Positions 18,112 to 27,906 are shown, numbered from the stretch's first letter. The stretch: DNA of 61,048 nucleotides from an uncultured Verrucomicrobiota bacterium (GCA_946624575.1 CAMOSH010000002.1:1-61048); one strand, 5' to 3'. Translations and numbers: made by a program. The notes: a model not told the origin generated them from the letters alone.

Positions 18112-19372
18112 AGCCCGCGATTCCGAGCAATGCGCCCGTGGGGCAGACGAAACGGCAGTACGGGCGGGGCACGAACGCCGACAGCGCCACAAAAAGCGCG
18201 GCGAACACCAGCACCAGCGGCGGAGCCGCACGCCACGCGAACGCGCCGAAAAGCTCCCACCCGAGCCAGCCAGAAAATATCCCACAGACAAGCATGCACA
18301 TCAGGACGATCCACAGGACGCGCCTGAACGCCGAGAGTCCGCGCACCAGCGCCGGAGACAGCCTCCATTTCGTGACCGGAACGCGCGAGGCAAGTTCCTG
18401 CGCCGCTCCGTAAGGGCATACGTTGAGGCAGTAATGCGACCTGCTGCCGAGGAGAGTCGGCCACAGGAACGCCGTGGAGAGCAGCAGCGCCGCGGTCGCC
18501 AGCTCCGCGGGACCGCGCCCAATGCCGGAGCCCGTCCATCCAAGCAGCCGCGCCGTCGAGAGAAACGTTCCCGACCAAAAGCCCAGCACCACCACGTCGA
18601 GCCACAGCTGCGCCGTGCGCCAGCGCCGCGATTTAACAAACAACGGCACCACCGCCGCGGCCAACAGCACGGCAAGCGCGGCAATGGTGCGCGGAGACGG
18701 TTCCGGCCGCGCAACAGGCGCGGCGGCGGGCACGCCGGCAGGAGCGGCGCCCGATGTTTCCGCAATCGAGGAGACGGCAGCGCCGCCGGACGCCGCCGCC
18801 GGTGCCAGTTTCGCGGACGCCGCCGCAAACGCCGCGCGGGCATTCGCAATCGCCGCGCCCGAAGAATACGTAGCGCTCGCCACGGCGTCGACGCGCGTGG
18901 TAGCGGCCACGTCGGGAGGCAGTCCGTCCCACGCGCGCCAAAGCCCATCCTCCTCCAGCAAATCAAAGAACATCGGGGTTTCGTCGTTGGGAAGTTTTGG
19001 CTCAACGGACGCCACCAGACCATCCTCCACGCGAACCACGACCGGAACCGGGCCGCCGTAGCCGATCACGTCCACGCCAAGCGTCGTCGAATCCACGACC
19101 AGGGCATCAGACTTGGCCGCGGCTTCTTCGCCGCTTTCCGGCGCGCGCGCCACGGCGTGGCCGAAAAGCCGCCCATTGTGGGCGATCGCGGCGGCGCATA
19201 GCGCCAGCGCGCACGCGGCGAGCCTGCATGCGCGCTCCGCGATTCCGCAGGCGCCTGCGCGACGCCCCGCGTTTTCCGATCCATGGTTTTCCACCGTCTG
19301 CGACGCCTTTCCTTTTTTGCGAATTCCGGCGGGGATGCTATCTGAAACGCCGGCCGTTTTCAAGCGCGCCAA
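18110..19372 (-). CDS. FMN-binding-domain / polyferredoxin-like integral membrane protein (NosR/NapH-type CxxxCP motifs)
   Basis: Contains GYGGPVPVVVRVEDGLVASVE (FMN_bind-like), several TM segments, and YCLNVCPYGAAQE and YCRFVCPTGALLG. The start is uncertain: the track start is a TTG and there is no ATG before MFFDL. Confidence 0.55.
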   Translation of the reverse strand: MARLKTAGVSDSIPAGIRKKGKASQTVENHGSENAGRRAGACGIAERACRLAACALALCAAAIAHNGRLFGHAVARAPESGEEAAAKSDALVVDSTTLGVDVIGYGGPVPVVVRVEDGLVASVEPKLPNDETPMFFDLLEEDGLWRAWDGLPPDVAATTRVDAVASATYSSGAAIANARAAFAAASAKLAPAAASGGAAVSSIAETSGAAPAGVPAAAPVARPEPSPRTIAALAVLLAAAVVPLFVKSRRWRTAQLWLDVVVLGFWSGTFLSTARLLGWTGSGIGRGPAELATAALLLSTAFLWPTLLGSRSHYCLNVCPYGAAQELASRVPVTKWRLSPALVRGLSAFRRVLWIVLMCMLVCGIFSGWLGWELFGAFAWRAAPPLVLVFAALFVALSAFVPRPYCRFVCPTGALLGIAG

Positions 19373-19490
19373 CGAATCGCCGCGGATTCAAAACCAACGC
19401 CTTTTTTTCGTTGACACGGAACGGGGAGGTTTGTAGCATTTTCGCGTCCGTTGCAATGGCGCGGCGGGCAGGCGCGACCTTCCGTGAAAC

Positions 19491-19567
19491 TGGTGCCCCA
19501 GAGAGGGTTCGAACCTCCGACATCCGGTTTAGGAAACCGACGCTCTGTCCAGCTGAGCTACTGGGGC
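19491..19567 (-). tRNA. tRNA-Arg (anticodon CCT)
   Basis: The minus-strand sequence is GCCCCAGTAGCTCAGCTGGACAGAGCGTCGGTTTCCTAAACCGGATGTCGGAGGTTCGAACCCTCTCTGGGGCACCA. It has a 7-bp acceptor stem, a GCTC/GAGC D-stem, anticodon loop TTCCTAA, a TTCGAAC T-loop and an encoded CCA. Confidence 0.9.
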
Positions 19568-19693
19568 GGATTCACGGGCGCGGATTCTATCCGCCGCCCC
19601 GCGTCCGGTCAAGCCGCGCCCCACCCCCCGACAGGACCTCGACGCCCCGAAACCAAGTTCTTGGCACAACAAACACACAACACACAGTCTCTC

Positions 19694-22486
19694 ATGACTA
19701 CTCGCATCACAGGTCTCTCCGTCGATTCTCTCCCGCGCCCCAACGACGTCGGAGCGACCCCCACTTTTTCCTGGCGCATGGAATCCGAACGCCAAGGCGC
19801 CGCGCAGACCGCCTACCGCGTCGTCGTGGAGCGCGACTCCCGCGTCGGCGGCGGTGCGGCCGGCCAGCCGCTCTGGGACGGAGGCGTCGTCGAATCGCCG
19901 GTGTCCGTCGACATCCCCTACGCCGGCCCGGCGCTCGCCCCGGCGACGCGCTACCGCTGGAACGTTTCCGTGCGCGACGAAAAGGGCGCGTGGCTCCCCG
20001 CCGCCGCCGACACGTTCTCGACCGGGTTCTTCGACCAGGACTGCTGGAACGGTTCAATCTGGATCAGCGCCGCCGACTCCAAGGTCCGCACGGAACCGCG
20101 CGACGTCCACAACACGACGCTCAAGCAGGAGGCCGAGGACGGCACCGCGTACTTCTCCAAGTCCGTGCCCAACGGCAAGGCCGTCGCCGAAGCGTGGTGG
20201 TGCCTGGCCGGACTGGGCGTCTTCGAGGCCTACGTGAACGGCAAGCGCGTCGGAGACGAAATCCTCAAGCCCGGCTTCACGCACTTCGCCAAAACCAAGC
20301 GCTCGTACTGCTACGACGTGACGGACCTCGTGCGCGTCGGCGCCGCGGACTCGAACATCTTCTCCGCGTGCGTCTCCGCCGGCTGGTGGCGCGACAAAAT
20401 CGTGAACTTCCACGGCGAGCGCTCCGCTCTGCGCGCGGTGCTCGTCCTCCGCCACGAAGACGGCACCGAGACGCGCGTCGGCACCGACACGACCTGGGGC
20501 GCCGTCGGAGCCGCCGGCCCGGTCGTCCACGCCGCCATATTCGACGGCGAGGACTTCGACGCGCGCATTCCCGCGCCATGGGACTGCCCTGCGCCCACCG
20601 CCGCCGCGATCGAAAACCACGAGTTCGCAGGCGAAATCCTCCCGATGGTCGGCCAGCGCATCAATCTGCGCACGGACCTGGCCATGACGCCGGTGGAAGC
20701 GTATGTCTGGCGCGGAGTGACAGGCGCCGACGACGAGAACTTCGGCACCGTGGTCAAGCTCCGCGAGGGATTTTCGCACCTGGAACCCGGCGAGACGATC
20801 GTGGCCGACTTCGGCCAGAACTGCGCCGCCGTTCCGGAATTCGTCTTCAAGGCCGCCGCCGGCACGACGATCACGGCCCACCCCGCCGAAATGCTCAACG
20901 ACGGCAACGGCGCCAAGTCGCGCGGCTGCGACGGTCCGGAAGGCTCCGCGTACATCAAAAACTACCGCGGAGCCCGCACCCTCGCGCGCTATACGTTCGC
21001 CGGAACTGGCGAGGAAAAGTACCGCCCATCGTTCACATTCTTCGGCGGTCGCTACATTTCCGTGACGGCCGACGGCCCCGTTGAAATCTCCAGCCTCCGC
21101 TGGGTCCCGGTGACGTCGCTTTCCGCGGACTGCGAAACCGCTTCCATCGAAACCAGCGACGCCGACGTGAACCGCCTCGTCGCCAACGTGCTCTGGGGGC
21201 ATCGCTCCAACTACCTGTCCGTTCCCACCGACTGCCCGCAGCGCAACGAACGCCTTGGCTGGACGGCCGACACGCAGGTGTTCACCCGCGCCGCGTGCTA
21301 CGACGCCGACGTCCGCGGCTTCCTCCACAAGTGGCTGCGCGACCTGCGCGACAGCCGCCTTCCCGACGGCGGCTATCCGGGCGTCGCCCCCGACGCGCAG
21401 TACGGCCAGCTCAACCACCAGCTCGGCTGGGGCGACGCCGGCGTGATCGTGCCCTGGACTCTGTGGCGCCACTTCGGAGACCGGAAGGCAGTCGACGAGA
21501 ACTGGATCGCAATGGCCCGCTACCTGGCGCTTCTGGAGGAAATCAAGTTCGACTCCCCGACGGCACGGAGCCACCAGTGGGCCGACTGGCTCAGCTGCGA
21601 AAAACTCGAATCGTGCAGCGGCGCGGCATACGAAAAGGGCCCCGACGGCAAGCCTCATCCGAGCGCCGACGCGATTCTCTACTGGCGCTACCTTGGGAAC
21701 TGCTACTGGTTCATGGACGCCGGCATGATGGCCGAGATGGCCGAAGGCACCGGCCGCGCACCGGAAGCGGCCGCATACCGCGCCATGGCCGGCCGCGCCC
21801 GCGACTACATCCGCTCCCAGTTCGTAGATCCGGCCGACGGAATGCTCCTGCCGCTCTTCCGCGACATGCAGACCCCGGCGCTTTTCGCGTTGCATCTCGG
21901 CATCCTCGACAAGGAGCCGGCCAAGGCCACGCGCGACGCGCTTCTCGCGAACATCCGCGATCACGGCAACCGCCTCCAGACCGGCTTCCTCGGCACGTCG
22001 ATTCTCATGGACACGCTGTCGCACGACTGCGGCGCGACCGATGTCGCCTACACGCTGCTTCTCCAGCACGCCTTCCCAAGTTGGCTCTACTCCGTGGACC
22101 AGGGCGCGACGACGATATGGGAGCGCTGGAACTCCTACACGAAGGCGAATGGATTCGGCCCCGTCGGCATGAATTCATTCAACCACTACGCCTACGGCGC
22201 GGTACTCGCCTGGATGATGGGAACCATGGCCGGCATCCGCGAGGATCCGGACGCGCCCGGGTTCCGCTCGTTCGTCCTCGCCCCCATCCCTGATCAGCGC
22301 ATTGGCCGCGTTTCGGCGAGCTACCATTCGCCGTATGGAACGATTGAAAGCGCCTGGCGCTACGACGGCGGCAAATGGATCTGGCGCTTCACCGTGCCGG
22401 CGAACACAGTAGCCACGGTGCGTCTGCCCGGCGAGGAGGAGCAGCGGCTTTCCTCCGGAACGCATAGGATCGAACGCGACGCATAG
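19694..22486 (+). CDS. Alpha-L-rhamnosidase (GH78)
   Basis: Lies in the frame of ORF 19451..22486. ATG 19694 gives MTTRITGLSVDSLPRP...PTFSWRM, an N-terminus typical of GH78. It also has the TDCPQRNERLGWTADTQVF catalytic-domain block and a C-terminal Bac_rhamnosid_C-like end. Confidence 0.85.
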   Translation: MTTRITGLSVDSLPRPNDVGATPTFSWRMESERQGAAQTAYRVVVERDSRVGGGAAGQPLWDGGVVESPVSVDIPYAGPALAPATRYRWNVSVRDEKGAWLPAAADTFSTGFFDQDCWNGSIWISAADSKVRTEPRDVHNTTLKQEAEDGTAYFSKSVPNGKAVAEAWWCLAGLGVFEAYVNGKRVGDEILKPGFTHFAKTKRSYCYDVTDLVRVGAADSNIFSACVSAGWWRDKIVNFHGERSALRAVLVLRHEDGTETRVGTDTTWGAVGAAGPVVHAAIFDGEDFDARIPAPWDCPAPTAAAIENHEFAGEILPMVGQRINLRTDLAMTPVEAYVWRGVTGADDENFGTVVKLREGFSHLEPGETIVADFGQNCAAVPEFVFKAAAGTTITAHPAEMLNDGNGAKSRGCDGPEGSAYIKNYRGARTLARYTFAGTGEEKYRPSFTFFGGRYISVTADGPVEISSLRWVPVTSLSADCETASIETSDADVNRLVANVLWGHRSNYLSVPTDCPQRNERLGWTADTQVFTRAACYDADVRGFLHKWLRDLRDSRLPDGGYPGVAPDAQYGQLNHQLGWGDAGVIVPWTLWRHFGDRKAVDENWIAMARYLALLEEIKFDSPTARSHQWADWLSCEKLESCSGAAYEKGPDGKPHPSADAILYWRYLGNCYWFMDAGMMAEMAEGTGRAPEAAAYRAMAGRARDYIRSQFVDPADGMLLPLFRDMQTPALFALHLGILDKEPAKATRDALLANIRDHGNRLQTGFLGTSILMDTLSHDCGATDVAYTLLLQHAFPSWLYSVDQGATTIWERWNSYTKANGFGPVGMNSFNHYAYGAVLAWMMGTMAGIREDPDAPGFRSFVLAPIPDQRIGRVSASYHSPYGTIESAWRYDGGKWIWRFTVPANTVATVRLPGEEEQRLSSGTHRIERDA

Positions 22487-22491
22487 GGGAA

Positions 22492-23412
22492 ATGGAAGGC
22501 GGCGGCACAGACAAAACCTCTCGTGACGGCATTTCCGGCGGGTCCGCCGGACGGGCCGACGATCGTCTGCGCCGCGCTTCCTTCATCTGGTCGCTCGCCA
22601 TACACGCGGCGCTTTTCCTGCTGCTTGTCGTGGCGGGTTTTGCGCCTTTTCCGCGCAAAAGCGAACCTAATGACGTGATGGCCGAGTTCACGGTGGCGCC
22701 GCCGGCACCAGCTGTCCCGGTACCGGACGCGCCTTCGGAGCCGGAACCAGCACCTCAGGAGCCGGAGCCAGAACCTCAGGAGCCGGAGCCGGAACCCGAA
22801 CCCGAGCCGGAGCCTCCTATCCCGGAACCACCTGCCCCGGAGCCCCCAGCCCCGGAGCCTGACCCGATTCCGGTTCCCGACCCTCCGAAGAAGGAGCCTC
22901 CTCCGAAGAAAAAAACCGAAAAGCCGAAAATCGACATTTCCAAGGCAAAGAAGGTCACGGTCAAAAAGCAGCCCAGGGAGAAGCCCCCGCGCATCGTCGC
23001 GACGCCCCCGAAGATTTCCACGAAAGCACCCTCCATCGGGACTCCAGGTCCGCGCCTTTCAGCCAGCGAAATAAGCGAACGCCTCAACGCCGGCGCGAAG
23101 ATCGGCGCGGTCACCACTCCCGATCCGGGCGAATCGCGCCGCTGCGAACTGGCCATTCGCGACCAGCTCTACGCCGCCTGGATCCGCCCCGCCGCGACCG
23201 ACATGGGCGGGCGCCCGCCGGAAATCAGGATCGTCATCGGCGCCGGCGGCGCGGTGCAGGGCGTTTCGCTCGCGCGCAGTTCCGGCAGCAGGCCGCTGGA
23301 CGAGTCCGCCCTTTCCGCGGCGCGTTCCGTCGGCCGCTTCCGCCACTTGTCGGAAACCTGGATACGCGCCAATTCCACGATCACGGTGTCGTTCGAACTC
23401 AAGGGGATTTGA
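22492..23412 (+). CDS. TonB-family energy-transducer-like protein
   Basis: Has an N-terminal anchor (FIWSLAIHAALFLLLVV), a long (E/P)-rich spacer (EPEPAPQEPEPEPQEPEPEPEPEPEPP...) and a C-terminal TonB_C-like end (GAVQGVSLARSSGSRPLDESALSAARSV). Confidence 0.7.
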   Translation: MEGGGTDKTSRDGISGGSAGRADDRLRRASFIWSLAIHAALFLLLVVAGFAPFPRKSEPNDVMAEFTVAPPAPAVPVPDAPSEPEPAPQEPEPEPQEPEPEPEPEPEPPIPEPPAPEPPAPEPDPIPVPDPPKKEPPPKKKTEKPKIDISKAKKVTVKKQPREKPPRIVATPPKISTKAPSIGTPGPRLSASEISERLNAGAKIGAVTTPDPGESRRCELAIRDQLYAAWIRPAATDMGGRPPEIRIVIGAGGAVQGVSLARSSGSRPLDESALSAARSVGRFRHLSETWIRANSTITVSFELKGI

Positions 23413-23462
23413 TGCTCCGCGCCAACTCCCCGGCCGACGGCAAGATTCACACAACTAAGGAG

Positions 23463-23993
23463 ATGAAACCCATGAATGCAGCAAATGCCATCCGTCACGC
23501 GTCCCGGGCCGCCGCTCTCGCCGCCGCGTTTTTCTGCGCGGCCGCTCTGCGCGCCGCCCCCGCCTTTCCTCCAACCGCCGGAGGCGAAACCACCTCCACG
23601 ACCCCGAACTCGATAACGGACTACGAGCGGCGGGTCCTCAGGCTCGAATACACGCGTCTGATGAAGGCAATTTCGGCCGCCCGCCGGGAGGCGCTGCGCT
23701 CCGAGGCCCTCGCCCCGCTGCGCGAAGCAAGCGACAAGGCGCGCGAAAGCGGCGACAAGGCAGCGTTCGTCGCCTCGCGCAGGGCGCTGCACCAGGCCGC
23801 AGACGAGGAAATTCGCAAGGATCCCGAAATGGCCGCCAAGATCAAGCGCCTTGGCGAAGTCGGCGCACTGCTGGAAAAGGACCGTCCGGACCGCAAGGAA
23901 CTGCGCTCCCTTGAGCGCAAACACCGCCGCGCTCCGGCAAGCGCCCCTGCCGAGGATACCCCGGCAAATCCGGAAGCGCCCGCCGGACGCTGA
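23463..23993 (+). CDS. Hypothetical secreted helical protein
   Basis: Lies in ORF 23409..23993. AAGGAG sits at 23456-23461, so the ATG at 23472 (MNAAN) is an equally plausible start. It has a signal peptide (AALAAAFFCAAALRAAP). There is no recognisable family. Confidence 0.4.
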   Translation: MKPMNAANAIRHASRAAALAAAFFCAAALRAAPAFPPTAGGETTSTTPNSITDYERRVLRLEYTRLMKAISAARREALRSEALAPLREASDKARESGDKAAFVASRRALHQAADEEIRKDPEMAAKIKRLGEVGALLEKDRPDRKELRSLERKHRRAPASAPAEDTPANPEAPAGR

Positions 23994-24014
23994 GCTCCCC
24001 CACCCCGCCCCGCC

Positions 24015-24545
24015 ATGTGCCAGACGCCCCGCTCCGGTCAGGCCGCCGTGGAGTTCGCGGTCGCGCTTCTGGCAATGCTTGCCGGCGCAATCGGGATTCT
24101 GGTCGTGCATTCGCTGGTGCAGGCCGACGCGCAGGCCGATGACGCCGCCCGCGGCCGTGCTGCCGCCGCCGCGGCTTCTGTCGCCGCCGCGGAAGGCGCC
24201 TTCCCGGAGCTGTCCGACATCTCTCCGGGGTCCGATGGCATTCCGCTCACGCCAGACGACGTACGCATCCCCGGCTCCGTCTCTTCGATCAGAACCGGCG
24301 TGACGCGGCGGCTGCTTGGCGATTCGTTCGACGCGGATTTGCGCGGGGACGGATCGACCCTTCGCCACGGGCAGGTGCCGTGGTTCGCCGATGGCGTCCC
24401 GGCGGCGCTTTCGTTTTCCCTGCGCAAGGGCGTCGGCGAGGGCGTCGCCGAACTGCCTCCCGCCGCTCTCTCGCTTTTCGGCCTCCCAGCGGAAGCCGCA
24501 GTCCGCGAAGAATGCTGGATGCCGGCACTTGACGATTTGCAATGA
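24015..24545 (+). CDS. TadE-like (Flp-pilus-assembly type) N-terminal-domain protein
   Basis: The N-terminus GQAAVEFAVALLAMLAGAIGILVV matches the TadE-like AVEFAL hydrophobic motif. The rest is unrecognised. Confidence 0.45.
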   Translation: MCQTPRSGQAAVEFAVALLAMLAGAIGILVVHSLVQADAQADDAARGRAAAAAASVAAAEGAFPELSDISPGSDGIPLTPDDVRIPGSVSSIRTGVTRRLLGDSFDADLRGDGSTLRHGQVPWFADGVPAALSFSLRKGVGEGVAELPPAALSLFGLPAEAAVREECWMPALDDLQ

Positions 24546-25204
24546 CCGCAATGCCACAACAAGCTTACGACGGACGCGGGACGCGATGGCGCAACGCATG
24601 CGCCTTGGCGGCCGGTCTGCTGTTGGTCGCCGCCGCGCCGCACGTCGCGGCTTCGGTCTTTTCGCGCTTTTTCGGACGCTCCGCCGGCGGCACGTCGGCC
24701 GCCGAACGGCTTGTTGGCGCGGATGGCGGCGCCGAGCGAGTCCTGCGGCGGCGGGCACTCGTAAACGGAACCGAAGGCGAACTGTCCGTCTGGAAATCGC
24801 CGGACAGCGCCGAAGGCGAGGCCGCGATTTGCTTTTCTTCGGATTCTCCGGCAAGCAGCCAGGTCTCCTCGCGCGCACGCTGGAACGTCCCGGACGTGCC
24901 CGAACCCGCCGGGCTCGTAGTTTCGTTCGATGCCGTCATGTCCTCCGCGTCGTCCGATTCCAGCGGCGTGTCCGGCGCGGCCGGCACGAAGATATGCTCC
25001 GGAGGCGCGGCCGCCGGCCAGTCTCCCGAGGCGGTGCTTTTCGCGTTGCGCTCCGCGCTGGAGGCCGGCGGCTGGACAGAGGCCGAGCCCGCAGGCGGCG
25101 TCGACGGGCTTTCGATTTGGCGGAAACGCGACGCCATCGCCCTGGCCTGGGCCGGGGTCGATTCGCACGGCGACGCACTCTGGCTCCTTCTTCGCCGTCA
25201 GTAG
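24542..25204 (+). CDS. Hypothetical secreted protein
   Basis: Its start shares an ATGA overlap with the upstream stop codon. It has a signal-like segment (ACALAAGLLLVAAAPHVAAS). The coding call rests on coupling and position only. Confidence 0.4.
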   Translation: MTAMPQQAYDGRGTRWRNACALAAGLLLVAAAPHVAASVFSRFFGRSAGGTSAAERLVGADGGAERVLRRRALVNGTEGELSVWKSPDSAEGEAAICFSSDSPASSQVSSRARWNVPDVPEPAGLVVSFDAVMSSASSDSSGVSGAAGTKICSGGAAAGQSPEAVLFALRSALEAGGWTEAEPAGGVDGLSIWRKRDAIALAWAGVDSHGDALWLLLRRQ

Positions 25205-25218
25205 TGAAAAAGGGGGGG

Positions 25219-25407
25219 CTAGGGCTCCTAGGGATTCCTAAGCTTCCTAGGTATCCTAGGCTCCCTAGGTGTCCTAGGGATTCCTAGGCTTCCTAGGGCT
25301 CCTAGATATCCTAGGCTCCCTAGGTGTCCTAGGAATTCCTAGGCTTCCTAGGGGTCCTAGGCTCCCTAGGGGTCCTAGGGCTCCTAGGGGTCCTAGGGCC
25401 TCCTAGG
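25219..25407. repeat. 21-unit tandem array of a 9-bp (occasionally 10-bp) unit CCTAGGNNN
   Basis: There are 18 exact CCTAGG cores plus GCTAGG, CCTAAG and CCTAGA variants. The variable triplets form a higher-order pattern (gatt-ctt-tat-ctc-tgt / gatt-ctt-gct-tat-ctc-tgt / aatt-ctt-ggt-ctc-ggt-gct-ggt-gcct). The array lies between two convergent gene ends. Confidence 0.95.
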
Positions 25408-25421
25408 AAATTTCAGAGGAA

Positions 25422-26669
25422 TCAAACTCCATTCATGACTACCCAATGCCTGACGGTCTCGCCAACGCGGTCGCGGAAAACGTGGCGAAACACGTCGGAG
25501 GAAGAGTAGCCGCATTGTGCGGCGACAATGTCCGGCGGCTTGCCCTCGCGCAGAAGTTCCCTGGCACGAGCGAGTCGGACGTCGTGGATTTCGGTTAGAA
25601 TCGAACGCCCGAGCACGGTGCGGAAAAGCTTGTCGGCCATGGTGCGGCAGACACCCATTCGGCGGGCGACGGCCGGCGGGGCGAACCCGTCTTCGCAGGC
25701 GTGAAGGCGGATGAATTCCATGGCGCGGGCGACTCTCCGGTCGCGAGCGAAGCGGGAGGATGCGCGCAGCACGACGCGCCAGGGCGGGATGACGAGCGGA
25801 ACGGGGCGGCGCGAGGGGCGGCGCATCCACTCGTCCAGCAGCCCCGCCGCCGCACCGGCCTCGACGGCGCGGTCGAGCGCGACGCTCGAAAGCGACGGCT
25901 TCGCGGCGTCGCAAAGCTGCGCGTTGTCTCCGACGCCCACCACGGCCACATCGTCCGGAACGCGCAGGCCGGCGCTGGCGCAGGCCGAAAGGACGGCCTC
26001 GCCGACGATGTCCGTGCACGCCAGCACGCCGCACGGCCTTGGAAGCGCGGCGATCCAGCGGTCCAGGGGCGTCTCGAATTCGTGAAACACCTTCCCGGCG
26101 GCTTCGACGCAATGGCGGAACGCGTCGCCGCGCTCGCGGCTCCACGACGTGTCCTGCGGCGCCGGGACGAATGCGTAGTGGTCGCATCCGGACCGGAAAA
26201 GGACCCGCGCCGCCGCCGCGGCGATCTCAGTCGAATCCCAGCAGACCGTCACTGGCCTGTCGCCCGGAGGAAAGTCCGCGCTGGCGGAGCGATGCACGAA
26301 AACTGCCGGGACGCGCGGCCCGAACGCCAGTCGGACCTCGGCCGGAGAAACGGCGCCGCGCCACACCGCGATGCCGTCAGGCCGCAGTATGCGCGCCAGT
26401 TCGGCGAGCGAACCGGCGCTGCGCGACGAGCGGGCGAGCCGCGCGGAGCCATCCGCCGCACGCGACACCTCGGCGGAAAAGAAATCCCAATGCCGCTCCT
26501 CGGCCTTGCGGCGAAAGGCGTCGAGGCCGTCCCGCGCGCGGTGGTCGTCGCCCGGCAGAAGCATCAGGACTCTCCGGGAGCCGATCGGCCGTCCTTCGGT
26601 ACGCTTGGCGGTCATGTCTCGCACACTCTTCACCGCCTCTGCGACGCCGCCTTGTCCTGACAATCGCAT
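25422..26669 (-). CDS. XylR-type regulator: periplasmic-binding-protein-like sugar sensor domain fused to a C-terminal AraC-type HTH
   Basis: The C-terminus (FIRLHACEDGFAPPAVARRMGVCRTMADKLFR...GYSSSDVFRHVFRDRVGETVRHW) is an AraC HTH. The preceding region is LacI/PBP1-like. The start is 26669 or 26615. The longer track ORF would overlap the divergent gene. Confidence 0.75.
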   Translation of the reverse strand: MRLSGQGGVAEAVKSVRDMTAKRTEGRPIGSRRVLMLLPGDDHRARDGLDAFRRKAEERHWDFFSAEVSRAADGSARLARSSRSAGSLAELARILRPDGIAVWRGAVSPAEVRLAFGPRVPAVFVHRSASADFPPGDRPVTVCWDSTEIAAAAARVLFRSGCDHYAFVPAPQDTSWSRERGDAFRHCVEAAGKVFHEFETPLDRWIAALPRPCGVLACTDIVGEAVLSACASAGLRVPDDVAVVGVGDNAQLCDAAKPSLSSVALDRAVEAGAAAGLLDEWMRRPSRRPVPLVIPPWRVVLRASSRFARDRRVARAMEFIRLHACEDGFAPPAVARRMGVCRTMADKLFRTVLGRSILTEIHDVRLARARELLREGKPPDIVAAQCGYSSSDVFRHVFRDRVGETVRHWVVMNGV

Positions 26670-26847
26670 TTCGACTGACGGAGCGGCTGAAAATCGCAGT
26701 TGACCTTGGCAATCGGTTGCATGGCTCGGAGGATACCAGAAGTCCCTCCTGGCCGCAAACCGTGGTTCGTCGCGCCGCAGGATAGGAATCCGAGATTGCG
26801 CGCATTTGTCCTTGCCCAGGAGCGTCGGCCGGAGTATCATTCGGCCC

Positions 26848-27906
26848 ATGAAGACGAACAAAAAGGGCGGCTCAAACCGGAAGAACGGGTCAAATGGGCG
26901 GTTTTCGTTCCTCGCGGTGGCATTTGTCGCCGCCGCGTTCGCGTTGTTTTCGTGGCTGCTCCCAAATCCGGCCCCGACTGCCGGGGATCCGGCGGCAGCC
27001 GACGGCGGCGCGGCCGCGGAGAATCGGCCGGAAAACGCCTCCGCACGCGATGCATCGCGCATCCCCGGCGGCGCCGGCCGCGGCCTCAGCTTCGCGACCT
27101 GGAACATGGAGTGGTTCCCGTCGGGCTGGCCGGAGCCGCAGGAACCGGCAGTCGAACGCCGCCGCATCGCCGATGCCGCGCGCGGTCTCCGCTCCATCGG
27201 CGTCCCCGACGTCCTTTTCGTCCAGGAAATCCGCGACGCGGCCATCTGCTCCAATTTCATCTCCAGGCTGGGCGGGGGCCTTTCCCTTGTCGTATGTTCG
27301 GACTTTTGGATGAATCCGACGAACCGCAGCCTTCAGCAACTGGCCGTTTTTTCGCGCCTTCCATGCGTAGCCTCCGGCTCCGAACCCTGGGTCGCGTCGG
27401 ATTTCGTCTACCCGCCGCGCGGCTTCGCCTGGGCTGTCTTCGACGCCGGAAACAGGCGCGTGGCGTGCTTTTGCGTCCATCTCAAAAGCAACTACGTCCC
27501 GGAGGGCACGGATCGGGAACGCCAGGAGGTCCTCAACCGCCTCAAGCGCGAACTGGCCGCGGAACAGCTTGTCCGGCGCATGAACGTCATCGCGCGAAAA
27601 TACGCCTCGAAGGACGGCGCGCCCCCGGCGATCGTCGTGGCCGGCGACTTCAACATGGCTCTGGAGGACGAACGCTTTGCCGGCGAAAAGACGCTTCGGA
27701 CTCTCCTGGAGGCCGGCCTGCGCGACGCTTTCGAGGGCATCCCGGAATCGCAGAGGCCCACGCTTCCCGCGAATCAGTGGTACCCCGCGGCCACGTTCGA
27801 CCACATTCTGCACCGCGGGCTTGGCGAGCCTCTCGCGCGCAGCGTCGGCTCCCGGATCCGGACGTCCGACCACTGCCCTGTGTTCGCGGTTTTCCCGGCG
27901 GAATGA
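26848..27906 (+). CDS. Endonuclease/exonuclease/phosphatase (EEP) family protein, secreted or membrane-anchored
   Basis: ATG 26848 gives MKTNKKGG followed by a TM segment (FSFLAVAFVAAAFALFSWLL). EEP blocks are FATWNMEWFP, LFVQEI, VVAGDFNM and SDHCPVFAVF. Confidence 0.75.
   Translation: MKTNKKGGSNRKNGSNGRFSFLAVAFVAAAFALFSWLLPNPAPTAGDPAAADGGAAAENRPENASARDASRIPGGAGRGLSFATWNMEWFPSGWPEPQEPAVERRRIADAARGLRSIGVPDVLFVQEIRDAAICSNFISRLGGGLSLVVCSDFWMNPTNRSLQQLAVFSRLPCVASGSEPWVASDFVYPPRGFAWAVFDAGNRRVACFCVHLKSNYVPEGTDRERQEVLNRLKRELAAEQLVRRMNVIARKYASKDGAPPAIVVAGDFNMALEDERFAGEKTLRTLLEAGLRDAFEGIPESQRPTLPANQWYPAATFDHILHRGLGEPLARSVGSRIRTSDHCPVFAVFPAE

Noticed and set aside
20054-22069. 671-aa minus-strand ORF inside the GH78 gene.
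   Set aside because: It is antisense to a rhamnosidase with a recognisable catalytic block. Its composition is typical of a GC-driven shadow ORF.
23169-24878. 569-aa minus-strand ORF (and 24038..25168) across the TonB-downstream genes, and 51423..52916 across gatC/gatA.
   Set aside because: These are shadow ORFs. gatA and gatC are certain. For 23463-25204 the plus-strand calls have signal peptides and ATGA coupling, whereas the minus-strand products are Arg-rich low complexity.
25219-25407. CRISPR array interpretation of the CCTAGG repeat (and of the other tandem arrays).
   Set aside because: The unit is only 9-10 bp with 3-4 variable bases, so there are no 25-40-bp repeats or spacers. No cas genes are present in the window.
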